From NCBI GenBank assembly GCA_044359535.1, contig JBIKLZ010000001.1, positions 1 to 64,000 of the forward strand: a DNA stretch of 64,000 nt. Direction: 5' to 3'. Position numbers and translations under genes: made by a program. The notes beneath the pieces are model-generated. The model saw only the letters and a program-made list of their open reading frames with translations, searched no databases and was not told the DNA's origin. The stretch is from Chlamydiia bacterium (GTDB lineage Bacteria; Chlamydiota; Chlamydiia; Chlamydiales; 2-12-FULL-49-11). Each line of letters begins with the position of its first letter. Position 1 is the stretch's first letter. Positions 9,618 to 19,163 of the stretch are shown piece after piece.

Positions 9618-10388
9618 CTATGTTGAAGACGCTTTGCGACGACGACGACGGACAACTTTTCCATCACCCTCTCCTTGGCTATCCTCTCCTGCCCAATAAT
9701 GAATTCTTGAGCAATGATCACAAAAAACAAGATTCTCTTTTCTTCGAACAAGAAGCTCATGTTGCGCTGTAAGAGCTATGTGACATCCTTGACAAATTCT
9801 ATTTTCAATAGGGACAATCACTTTGTCTTTCTTGTTTCGAAGAAGCTTTTCGTATATTTCTAAGATTTCTTTAGAGCTTTCTTTTGCTAAAACATCTCTT
9901 TCTGCTTTTAAAAGTCTCCCTTCTTCATTAATTTTTAAAATGGTCTCAAGAATTTCTTTCTTTAGGGTGATATTATTTTTTTCAGAGATTTTTAAAGCCT
10001 CTTTTGTCTTTTCAAGAACCTCTTCTTCAAGACTTTTTTGATCGACAAGAAGGCATAGATCATTTTCTAAAGTGGATTTTTCCTTTTCTTGAAGGGCTAT
10101 TTCTTTTGTTAAAGCATTGAACTCATCAATTTTTTTAATAGAGGTTTGATGGCTTTCTAATTTTTTAATTGTGCGGGTGCATTCTTCAATTTGTTTTTCA
10201 AACAATTCTATAGAAGCACTCATTTCTTGCAATTCATCTTCCTTATCGTCTAACTGATCTAACAATTCTTTATGGATAGATGAAAGTTCAGTAAGCTCAT
10301 CTGTGCGAGCCTTTTTCATTTGCATCAATCGGATCATCTTAATGTCAAGCTCTTGAATTGAAAGGATATCTTGTAAGGATTCTTGCAT
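9618..10388 (-). CDS. cdsZ: C4-type zinc-ribbon coiled-coil protein (CT398/CdsZ family)
   Basis: Long coiled coil, then CQGCH...CDHCSRI and an Arg-rich tail; MQESLQDILSIQELDIKMIRL N-terminus typical of the chlamydial family. Confidence 0.88.
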   Translation of the reverse strand: MQESLQDILSIQELDIKMIRLMQMKKARTDELTELSSIHKELLDQLDDKEDELQEMSASIELFEKQIEECTRTIKKLESHQTSIKKIDEFNALTKEIALQEKEKSTLENDLCLLVDQKSLEEEVLEKTKEALKISEKNNITLKKEILETILKINEEGRLLKAERDVLAKESSKEILEIYEKLLRNKKDKVIVPIENRICQGCHIALTAQHELLVRRKENLVFCDHCSRIHYWAGEDSQGEGDGKVVRRRRRKASST

Positions 10389-10525
10389 GGTCTATCTCTT
10401 ATTGGTAGTTGAAAAATATTAAGTATTCTACCATAACGCATCATTAAAGGTAAAGGGAAAATTCTCTTTCTTTTTTTTTCAAAATATCCTACCCTTTATC
10501 GGGTGTAAATAAATTAGGGGATTGT

Positions 10526-11998
10526 GTGTTAAAAACCATTAGAGATAGAAAGGATTTAAAGGATCTTTCAGTAGAGTCTATTGCGTACCTAGCAATATTT
10601 GAACTTTTGGAAAAAACAGACCCTTTATTGGTCGCTGGATTAAAAAAAGAATTGACAGATCAAAGAAATTCTTTAAAGCTCATTGCTTCAGAAAACTATT
10701 CATCCCTTGCAGTTCAATTGGCTATGGGCAATTTTTTAACCGACAAATATGCTGAAGGGCACCCTTTTCACCGTTTTTATGCCGGATGTGACAATGTCGA
10801 TACCATCGAAGCTCAAGCAGTAGAAAGGGCTAAAAAACTTTTTGGAGTTGAGCATGCTTATGTTCAACCCCATTCGGGAGCAGATGCAAACCTTATTGCC
10901 TATTGGGCAATTTTAATCAAACGGATTGAAACCCCTTTTATTGAAGCGTTGGGAAAAAAAAGTGTTAATGAACTTTCTGATCAAGAGTATGAAGAGGTGA
11001 GAAAGAGCTTTTCCCGTCAAAAGATTTTAGGGATGGCTTTAGACGCCGGAGGCCATTTAACCCATGGCAGTAGGGTGAACTTTTCATCAAAAATGATGCA
11101 AGCTATTTCCTATGGTGTCGATCCTGAAACGGGATTAATCGATTATGACAAGCTCAAAAACCAAGCTATAAAAGAAAAACCTGCTATTTTAGTGGCGGGG
11201 TATTCGGCCTATCCACGACGGATTGATTTTTCAAAAATGAGGGAGATAGCCGATGCTTGTCAAGCGACCCTTCTTGTAGATATGGCCCATTTTGCAGGGC
11301 TTGTCGCTGGAAAACAACTCAAAGGGAAGTATAATCCAGTCCCATATGCAGATGTAATTACATCAACCACTCATAAAACCCTCCGAGGACCTCGAGGGGG
11401 ATTGATTTTATCGACTAAGGAGTATGCTCCATTTATAGACAAAGGGTGCCCTTATGCAATAGGGGGGCCTTTACCTCATGTCATTGGAGCAAAACTTGTT
11501 GCTTTTGGTGAGTGTCTGGACCCTTCCTTTGAGCTTTATGCAGAAAATATCATTAAAAATGCACAGGCAATGGCCTTAGCCTTCTTACAAAGAGGGGTTC
11601 ATTTAATTTCTGGGGGAACTGATAACCACCTTGTTTTGATCGATGTCTTTAAAAGTTTTGGGTTAACAGGAAGGGCTGCTGAGACACTTTGTTCTCGATG
11701 TGGGATCACTGTCAATCGTAATGCTATTCCAATGGATAGCAAAGGGCCTTGGTACACTTCCGGTATTAGGCTCGGGGTTCCAGCTCTTACAACACGAAAG
11801 ATGGGGGAAAAGCAGATGAAAGAGATTGTCGATTGTATGTGCGATCTGCTCTTTAATGCAAAACCTTTCATAGATCCAAAAACAGGGATCAAAAGTGAGG
11901 CTCAGGTGGATGTAAGTGAGGATTGGATAGAAAAGACAAAAAATAGAGTGGCACATCTTCTCAAAGATTTTCCTTTGTATCCTGAAATAGTCTTTTAA
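10526..11998 (+). CDS. glyA: Serine hydroxymethyltransferase
   Basis: LIASEN, KYAEG, GGHLTHG, TTHKTLRGPRGG, SGIRLG. Confidence 0.98.
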   Translation: MLKTIRDRKDLKDLSVESIAYLAIFELLEKTDPLLVAGLKKELTDQRNSLKLIASENYSSLAVQLAMGNFLTDKYAEGHPFHRFYAGCDNVDTIEAQAVERAKKLFGVEHAYVQPHSGADANLIAYWAILIKRIETPFIEALGKKSVNELSDQEYEEVRKSFSRQKILGMALDAGGHLTHGSRVNFSSKMMQAISYGVDPETGLIDYDKLKNQAIKEKPAILVAGYSAYPRRIDFSKMREIADACQATLLVDMAHFAGLVAGKQLKGKYNPVPYADVITSTTHKTLRGPRGGLILSTKEYAPFIDKGCPYAIGGPLPHVIGAKLVAFGECLDPSFELYAENIIKNAQAMALAFLQRGVHLISGGTDNHLVLIDVFKSFGLTGRAAETLCSRCGITVNRNAIPMDSKGPWYTSGIRLGVPALTTRKMGEKQMKEIVDCMCDLLFNAKPFIDPKTGIKSEAQVDVSEDWIEKTKNRVAHLLKDFPLYPEIVF

Positions 11999-12057
11999 TT
12001 TATTTAAGTGATGAATTATACTCCAAAGAATTGAAAAAAGAATGAAAAGAGGGAAAA

Positions 12058-12660
12058 ATGGGTGAAAAAAAATGCAATGACAAAGAGATGGCAGCGCCTA
12101 CTATAGACAGTAAAATTGAAGAGATGTTGATCTCTCAAAGGAAGATTTTTCTCTCAGCAGCAGTAGATGAAAAATCAGCAAAAGAGGTGATTACAAAGGC
12201 TTGGTACCTTGATTATATCGATCCAAAAAAACCTATTTTACTTGTGATTAACTCCCCAGGGGGGTCGGTAGATTCTGGTTTTGCTATTTGGGATCAATTC
12301 AAAATGCTCTCTTGTCCTATCTATACCCTTGTCACAGGACTTGCAGCTTCCATGGGCTCAATTTTGATGCTTGTTGCAGATAAAGGACATCGATATGTCT
12401 CTTCCCACTCAAGAATTATGATTCATCAACCTTTGATTGGGGGCTATATTCAGGGTCAAGCTACAGACTTAGAAATTCAAGCAAAAGAAATTATCAAGAC
12501 AAAAGAGGGCTTGATTCGCATTTATGAGGAGCACACAGGTAAGGCAAAAGAAAAAATTGCTGAAGCTCTTGATAGAGACACATGGATGTCAGCTGCTGAG
12601 GCAAAAGCTTTTGGACTTTGTGATCACATTGTCAGTTCCTATTCAGAAATTAAGATGTAA
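12058..12660 (+). CDS. clpP: ATP-dependent Clp protease proteolytic subunit (ClpP1 type)
   Basis: INSPGG, GLAASMG, RIMIHQP; follows glyA as in Chlamydia. Confidence 0.96.
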   Translation: MGEKKCNDKEMAAPTIDSKIEEMLISQRKIFLSAAVDEKSAKEVITKAWYLDYIDPKKPILLVINSPGGSVDSGFAIWDQFKMLSCPIYTLVTGLAASMGSILMLVADKGHRYVSSHSRIMIHQPLIGGYIQGQATDLEIQAKEIIKTKEGLIRIYEEHTGKAKEKIAEALDRDTWMSAAEAKAFGLCDHIVSSYSEIKM

Positions 12661-12907
12661 TGATCGATTTTTTTCAAAGATTTCAACGCGAAGTTTAAAA
12701 AAAAGACCCTTGGATCTCCAACACCGAGTACAGCTAATGAGAAAGTATGACAAAAAAAAGAAATCTATGTATACTGTTTTCCCTAAATCAAAAGACCCTT
12801 TGCACTTTAATTTTGATCCTCAAGAAAAAATAAGGAGGGCTAGATTGGTGAAAAAGGGGTTTTAAGGGGAAAATAGAACTATCGATGGCTACAAAAAAGG
12901 GGGGAGG

Positions 12908-14038
12908 ATGTCTCAAAAAAAACAGTGTATAGGGATTCCAAAAGAAATCAAAAACATGGAATTTCGGGTAGGAGCTACCCCATCTATGGTCAAGGGTTTT
13001 GTCATGAACGGGCACACTGTCCTTGTAGAAAAAGATGCAGGGGAGAAAATCGGATGTTCTAATGCAATGTATGAAAATGCTGGGGCAACCATTGTCTTAA
13101 CCCCAAAAGAGGTCTATAAAGCCGATCTTATCATTAAGGTAAAAGAACCCCAAGAGAGTGAATTTCCTCTAATGCACGAGGGTCAAGTCTTATTTTGCTA
13201 TCTTCATTTAGCCCCAGATGCAGAGCAAACAAAGCAATTAATAGAAAAAAAGGTGGTAGCTATTGCCTATGAAACGGTCTTTGACAGTGCTTATAGGCTC
13301 CCTTTATTGACACCAATGAGTGAAATAGCAGGAAGAATTTCTATTCAAGCAGGAGCTACCGCTCTTCACATGGAAAAAGGGGGAAAAGGGGTCCTTTTAG
13401 GGGGCGTTCCTGGGGTAAGGTCTGGAAAAGTTGTCATTATTGGTGGGGGAGTAGTTGGTGCAAATGCCGCTCAAATGGCTGTAGGTATTGGCGCCGATGT
13501 CACTATTTTAGACACCCATCTTGACAGGCTAAGGGAATTAGATATGCATTATAGGGGGCGTTTAAAAACCCTTTATTCCACTTCATATAACATTGAAATG
13601 TCTGTTAAAGAGGCAGATTTAGTTATTGGTGCAGTGTTGATTCCTGGGAAAAAGGCTCCAAGCTTAGTTTCAAAAGAGATGATTGCAAAGATGGAAAAAG
13701 GCAGTGTCCTTGTCGATGTGGCTATTGATCAAGGGGGGTGTTTTGAAACTTCAAAACCCACAACCCATTCACATCCAACCTATCTTGTTGACGGGATTGT
13801 CCATTACTGTGTGGCCAATATGCCTGGGGCTTGTGCAAGGAGTTCAACCTATGCTCTTACACATGCGACCTATCCTTATGCCCTTAAAATTGCAAACTTA
13901 GGTTATAAAAAAGCCTTAGCAAGTGATCCTTATTTTTTAACTGGCTTAAATATTGACAAGGGGAGAGTCACTCATAAGAATGTTGCAGAAGATCTTGGTT
14001 ATGAGTATGTTTGCCCAAAAAAATGTGTAGAAGAATAA
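12908..14038 (+). CDS. ald: Alanine dehydrogenase
   Basis: [46 protein letters not shown]. Confidence 0.97.
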   Translation: MSQKKQCIGIPKEIKNMEFRVGATPSMVKGFVMNGHTVLVEKDAGEKIGCSNAMYENAGATIVLTPKEVYKADLIIKVKEPQESEFPLMHEGQVLFCYLHLAPDAEQTKQLIEKKVVAIAYETVFDSAYRLPLLTPMSEIAGRISIQAGATALHMEKGGKGVLLGGVPGVRSGKVVIIGGGVVGANAAQMAVGIGADVTILDTHLDRLRELDMHYRGRLKTLYSTSYNIEMSVKEADLVIGAVLIPGKKAPSLVSKEMIAKMEKGSVLVDVAIDQGGCFETSKPTTHSHPTYLVDGIVHYCVANMPGACARSSTYALTHATYPYALKIANLGYKKALASDPYFLTGLNIDKGRVTHKNVAEDLGYEYVCPKKCVEE

Positions 14039-14125
14039 AAAGGATCTTTTTCTTGACCCAAAAAAATCCATTTGCTTTAGATAGAATCATGCCTATGGGT
14101 AAAACCTTAAGAGAAAAATAGAAAG

Positions 14126-17100
14126 ATGGTGGATAAGATTTTTACAGAAAGTGTCCTTAAAGAAGGAAATAGACTTGTTTCTTCTAAAAAAGTTCTCACT
14201 ATTATTTTTTCGAAAAGTATCTATCAAGTTGAAGTAGAGGATGAACATGGGGTCCAATGGACCTTTTTACAGTGTAAGGGAAAACAGGACATTATCGATC
14301 TATTTTGTGAGTGTGGGGGCTCAAAGGAAAAGGGGTGCAGTCATTTAGCTGCATCGGTAGAGGCCATTTTTAGAGGGTATAGTGAACCTTTACATATTCG
14401 ATATGAACGCTCTTTTTGGAAGGCGTTATTAGAAAATAGTGCGCTTAAGAACCATTATGCCCCCATTTTTTTAGACAAAGAGGGGCAAGCCTACCTAATT
14501 TCAAAAGAAGATCTTCTCATAGTAAAGATTGTTCCAAAAAGTTTTCGAGCTAAAGAGCATTGTAGAATCACTATCGATGAACGGGGAGAAGAAACGGAAG
14601 AAACAAGTATAAAATTCTCCAATTTAGAGGTAGAGGAATTAGAAAGGTATAAAAAAGGCGACCCTTCAGAGGCTCTAAAATTTGAATTGTCTTGGTGGTC
14701 AGATTTAGCCAAGTATCTTTTATTTTTAGAAGATGAGGGACAAAAGCCGTTTATTACCTTTATAGAGGAAGAGGGGAAACACCCCCAAGCTATTAAAGTT
14801 GAAATGGATGACTTTTCTTTGTATTTCTCTCTTCATTTTTCTGATATGGAAAAGATCATTCCCCCATTAAATGGGTATAGGACAAATCTCCCTTTATTTG
14901 ATCTTGCAGGAAAAGACATTGAAAATGTTTCTTATGATGAAAAGAGCCTTTCATTTTCCCTTGTCTTTAAAAAATCCGATCCCCATCACAGTAAGGGAGG
15001 GATAGAAATTGGAGAGTGGAGGTACCTTTTTAATAAAGGGTTTTTTCCAAAAAATACAGACCCCTTATTACAAACATCGAGAATTGAAAAAGAAAACTGT
15101 GAGCTGTTTTTAGAAAGATATAAGGAAAACTGCGTCGGGTGGTTAAAGGGGACAAAGATCTATCCGGCTCCAAAAAAGGTGCAGTTTGATCTTTTTTTTG
15201 ATAAAGAGCACACTTTTCATATTTCCATTTATCTTTTTGAAAAAGGGGATTTAGCTAAGGAAGGGGTCCAATTTTTTGGAAAATGGGTCTACATTCCAGA
15301 TAAAGGATTTTATTCTTTAGAAGGGACTCTTTTTAAAGGGGTCGAAAGGGTTATAAAAAATGAGATGATCTCAGAATTTGTCGATAGGCATAAAACCTTT
15401 TTATCGACCTTTAGTGACTTTTCTGTCCATTTAACAAATATTGAGTCTTCAATCAGATACGGTTTTGAGGGTTCAACCCTTGTTATTTTAGGCGATGACC
15501 TTCATGACGAAGACAGCGGGGTTATCGATTGTGGAAAATACCTCTACGTCAAAGGGCAAGGCTTTTTTATTCAAGGGGGGGCGCGCTACGATAAGCACGT
15601 CTTTCCTGGAATGAGAATTCAAGAGGATGAAATCACCCATTTTATCACCGCCAACAAAGAGGAGCTTGAAACCGTCAATCATTTTTTTGTCCATGAAGAA
15701 GGGATCGAAAAAACAGGGCTCAATGTCTTATACGATGAAGAAAAGGGGATCCTTATTGAGGCTAAATACCACTTTACAAAGGAGATTTTACAATTTGATC
15801 CGGTGATTTACGGGGATTTTGTTTATCTAAAAAATAAAGGATTTATGGAAATCCCTTTATCGATGCGATTGCCTACTGGATATACAAAAGATGTAGAAAT
15901 ATCTAAAGAACAGCTCCCTTTTTTCTTAAAACATGAGTTGTCAAAAATTGAGCCCTATATTCTTCACCTAGATAAACGTCTTATCATCCCAACTAAACTC
16001 TCTTTACGTGTAAACTATATAGAGAAAGTTGCAGGAGTATGGAGGATGAGTTTTACATTCAACTCCCCCCTTGGTGAAGTAAGGGCCTGTCAAGTCTATC
16101 AAGCTTATGTCCATTTTGCCCCTTTTTTACTCACAGATGCGGGAATGTTAATTCTAAAAGAGGAAAAATTCCATTGGCTCATGCGCCTTGCCCATGAGCA
16201 AATTGATTTTGAGAACAATTTAATCGAATTATCCACCCTTGATTGGATAAAACTTACGGTCACAGAAGATGTATACCTTCCGGCAAGTTCACAAGACCCT
16301 GTACAACAGCAGTTGTTAAACATATTAAAAAATCTCCATTTTGATACCGTGTCAGAGATGCCTGATATCAAGGGTTTAAAAAGTACGTTACGCCCTTATC
16401 AAGAAATTGGGGTGAGGTGGTTGTGGTTTTTATACTCCTTTGGACTTCCTGGGGGCTTTTTATGTGACGATATGGGGCTTGGAAAAACCCATCAGTCCAT
16501 GGCATTATTTGCGGCCCTTTTTAACGCCAAGAAAAAAGGGGATCGTGAAAAGTGTCTTGTGGTTTGTCCAACCTCTGTTATCTATCATTGGGAAGAGCTC
16601 CTTAAAAACTTTTTAAGCAAAGGGAATATTTTATTTTATCATGGCCCTTTTAGAAAATCTAAAGAGCTAAGTAAGAAAGGTTACGATATAATACTTACCA
16701 CTTACGGGATCATTCGCAGTGATAAAGAGATCTTTCAAAAGATGGATTTTGAAGTGGCCATTTATGATGAGATTCAAGTGGCAAAAAATCAAAAATCTCA
16801 AATTCATCTTACCTTAAAAAAGCTTTCAACAAAAATGAATCTTGCCCTTACTGGAACCCCTATTGAAAACAGCTTAGGGGAGCTAAAATCCCTTTTTGAT
16901 ATTATATTACCCAAGTACCTCCCTTCAGAAAATGAATTTAGAGAAAAATTTGTGATTCCTATAGAAAAAGATAGAAATATTGAAGCCAATAACCTCCTTT
17001 CAGCATTGATTAAGCCCTTTGTCCTCAGGAGAAAAAAAACCGAAGTTCTTGAAGACCTTCCTGAAAAAATTGAAGAGATCTCTTATACAGAACTTCTCCC

Positions 17101-17800
17101 TAAACAAAGGGAGCTGTACACAAAAGTGGCTTCAAAATCTAAAGAAATGCTTGAGGATGAGGATCAAAAACATTTTCATATCCATGTCTTTGCCCTTCTT
17201 AACACCCTTAAGCAGATTTGTAATCATCCAGCCCTTTACTATGACGATATTAAAAATTATCAGGAATATGCAAGTGGAAAATGGGAGCTGTTTGTTGAGC
17301 TTTTAGACGAATCACGGCAAAGTAAGCAAAAGGTGGTTGTTTTTACCCAGTACTTAGGGATGATGGATATTATCGAATCCTATCTTAAAGAAAATTCTAT
17401 AAAATATGCAGCCATTCGTGGATCGACATCGAATCGAAAAGAGCAGGTAAATTATTTTCAAAATAACTCTGAGTGTGAGGTCTTTGTTGGGTCTTTAAAT
17501 GCTGCAGGAGTTGGAATTGACTTAACAGCTGCTTCAGTTGTCATCCACTATGATCGATGGTGGAATCCAGCAAGGGAAAATCAAGCCACAGATAGGGTCC
17601 ATAGGATGGGTCAAAGTAAGGGCGTTTCTGTATTTAAGTTTGTGACAAAACATTCCTTAGAAGAACATATTCATCAAATTATTGAAAAAAAGACAAAATT
17701 GATAGAAACGATTGTAGGGTATGATAGTGAAGACTCTCTAAAAAAATTAGGGAAAGATGAATTAAAGAAAATTTTAAAATCAATTCAAAGCGATCTATAG
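14126..17800 (+). CDS. SWIM zinc finger / SNF2-family helicase (CT555-like)
   Basis: CECG...CSHLAA SWIM; DDMGLGKT, DEIQ, TGTPIEN, WWNPARENQATDRVHRMGQ. Confidence 0.93.
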   Translation: MVDKIFTESVLKEGNRLVSSKKVLTIIFSKSIYQVEVEDEHGVQWTFLQCKGKQDIIDLFCECGGSKEKGCSHLAASVEAIFRGYSEPLHIRYERSFWKALLENSALKNHYAPIFLDKEGQAYLISKEDLLIVKIVPKSFRAKEHCRITIDERGEETEETSIKFSNLEVEELERYKKGDPSEALKFELSWWSDLAKYLLFLEDEGQKPFITFIEEEGKHPQAIKVEMDDFSLYFSLHFSDMEKIIPPLNGYRTNLPLFDLAGKDIENVSYDEKSLSFSLVFKKSDPHHSKGGIEIGEWRYLFNKGFFPKNTDPLLQTSRIEKENCELFLERYKENCVGWLKGTKIYPAPKKVQFDLFFDKEHTFHISIYLFEKGDLAKEGVQFFGKWVYIPDKGFYSLEGTLFKGVERVIKNEMISEFVDRHKTFLSTFSDFSVHLTNIESSIRYGFEGSTLVILGDDLHDEDSGVIDCGKYLYVKGQGFFIQGGARYDKHVFPGMRIQEDEITHFITANKEELETVNHFFVHEEGIEKTGLNVLYDEEKGILIEAKYHFTKEILQFDPVIYGDFVYLKNKGFMEIPLSMRLPTGYTKDVEISKEQLPFFLKHELSKIEPYILHLDKRLIIPTKLSLRVNYIEKVAGVWRMSFTFNSPLGEVRACQVYQAYVHFAPFLLTDAGMLILKEEKFHWLMRLAHEQIDFENNLIELSTLDWIKLTVTEDVYLPASSQDPVQQQLLNILKNLHFDTVSEMPDIKGLKSTLRPYQEIGVRWLWFLYSFGLPGGFLCDDMGLGKTHQSMALFAALFNAKKKGDREKCLVVCPTSVIYHWEELLKNFLSKGNILFYHGPFRKSKELSKKGYDIILTTYGIIRSDKEIFQKMDFEVAIYDEIQVAKNQKSQIHLTLKKLSTKMNLALTGTPIENSLGELKSLFDIILPKYLPSENEFREKFVIPIEKDRNIEANNLLSALIKPFVLRRKKTEVLEDLPEKIEEISYTELLPKQRELYTKVASKSKEMLEDEDQKHFHIHVFALLNTLKQICNHPALYYDDIKNYQEYASGKWELFVELLDESRQSKQKVVVFTQYLGMMDIIESYLKENSIKYAAIRGSTSNRKEQVNYFQNNSECEVFVGSLNAAGVGIDLTAASVVIHYDRWWNPARENQATDRVHRMGQSKGVSVFKFVTKHSLEEHIHQIIEKKTKLIETIVGYDSEDSLKKLGKDELKKILKSIQSDL

Positions 17801-17846
17801 GTTTACTATCGCTCTTTAATTCTGAGATAGTGTATACTCTTTGATT

Positions 17847-19163
17847 ATGGAAACAAAAAAATTTAAAGTTGCTATTGTCGGACGTCCAAATGTAGGCAAA
17901 TCTCATCTATTTAATAGAATTACAGGTGGGCGCAAGTCTATTGTTGAAGATATTCCTGGGGTGACTCGCGATCGACTTTATGCTGAAGCTGAATTTTTTG
18001 GAAAAAGAGCCATTTTTATTGATACAGGGGGGATTGCTGGGGATAACGAGGGAGTTTTTTCAAAATCAATTAGGATCCAGGCCCAGATGGCTATTGAAGA
18101 GTGTGATGTGGTTATTTTTGTTATTGATGGGACAACTGGGATTACGGTTTTTGATGAAGATGTCTTAGCGTTACTTAGAAAGACAAAAAAGCATGTCATT
18201 TTGGCTATCAATAAAATGGATTTAGAAAAGGAAATGGGTGATTTTTCCGAGTATTATACTCTTGGATTAGAACATATTTTCCCCGTATCGGCAGTGCACG
18301 GAGATGGGGTAGCAAACCTTCTTGAATATCTTGGGACCCTTACCCCTGCTTGGGAGGAAGAAAAGATCACTGCTTTACCAAAAGTGGCTATTGTAGGAAG
18401 ACCTAATGTAGGTAAATCTACCATTTTAAATAAATTATTGGGTCAAAATAGATCTTTAGTAAGTCCAGTTGCCGGGACCACTTTGGATTCTGTAGATAGT
18501 GAGATTGATGGAGTCTGCTTTATTGACACAGCTGGAATTAAACGAAAACAAAAAGAAGATGAAACGATAGAAAAATATGCCCGAATAAGGACAGAAAATG
18601 CCATCCAGCGGGCAGATATTTGTCTCTTGGTATTGGATGCATCTGCCGGATTTACAGCTCAAGATAAAAAGATTTTTTCAGAAATAGCAGAGGGGAAGAA
18701 GGGGTGTATTTTTTACATCAATAAGTGGGACTTAATTACTCATACCCAAAAAGAGCATTTGCTTCGGAGGATGAAAGAAATTCTTCCTGAAGCAAAACAC
18801 CTTCCAACCCTTATTGGATCAGCATTAAAGGATAAAGAGCTTAAAGGATTATTTGAAATGATCCAACGAGTTCATGAAAATTATACAAGGCGTATTACCA
18901 CAGGGCAATTAAATGCCTTTTTAGAAAGGGTGGTTCAAGAATATAACCCCCCAGTTATTGGGACAAAAAGGCTCCGTATTTATTACCTTACTCAAGGAAG
19001 CTCTTGTCCACCAACATTTATTTTATTTGTGAACTACCCAGAATTGATGCCTAATTCATATAAAAGATATCTCCAAAATTGTTTTAAAGAAGCCTATGAT
19101 TTTTTAGGAATCCCTCTAACCTTTCATATGAAAGCAAAAAATAAGCAAAAAGCCCCTGTTTAA
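17847..19163 (+). CDS. der: Ribosome biogenesis GTPase Der (EngA)
   Basis: Two GRPNVGKS G-domains, DTGG/DTAG, NKMD/NKWD, C-terminal PPTF KH-like domain. Confidence 0.97.
   Translation: METKKFKVAIVGRPNVGKSHLFNRITGGRKSIVEDIPGVTRDRLYAEAEFFGKRAIFIDTGGIAGDNEGVFSKSIRIQAQMAIEECDVVIFVIDGTTGITVFDEDVLALLRKTKKHVILAINKMDLEKEMGDFSEYYTLGLEHIFPVSAVHGDGVANLLEYLGTLTPAWEEEKITALPKVAIVGRPNVGKSTILNKLLGQNRSLVSPVAGTTLDSVDSEIDGVCFIDTAGIKRKQKEDETIEKYARIRTENAIQRADICLLVLDASAGFTAQDKKIFSEIAEGKKGCIFYINKWDLITHTQKEHLLRRMKEILPEAKHLPTLIGSALKDKELKGLFEMIQRVHENYTRRITTGQLNAFLERVVQEYNPPVIGTKRLRIYYLTQGSSCPPTFILFVNYPELMPNSYKRYLQNCFKEAYDFLGIPLTFHMKAKNKQKAPV

Noticed and set aside
14126-17800. SNF2 helicases (also 48593..52063) as anti-phage defence genes
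   Set aside because: Two SWIM-SNF2 genes are standard in Chlamydiae, and no nuclease or methylase partners are adjacent.
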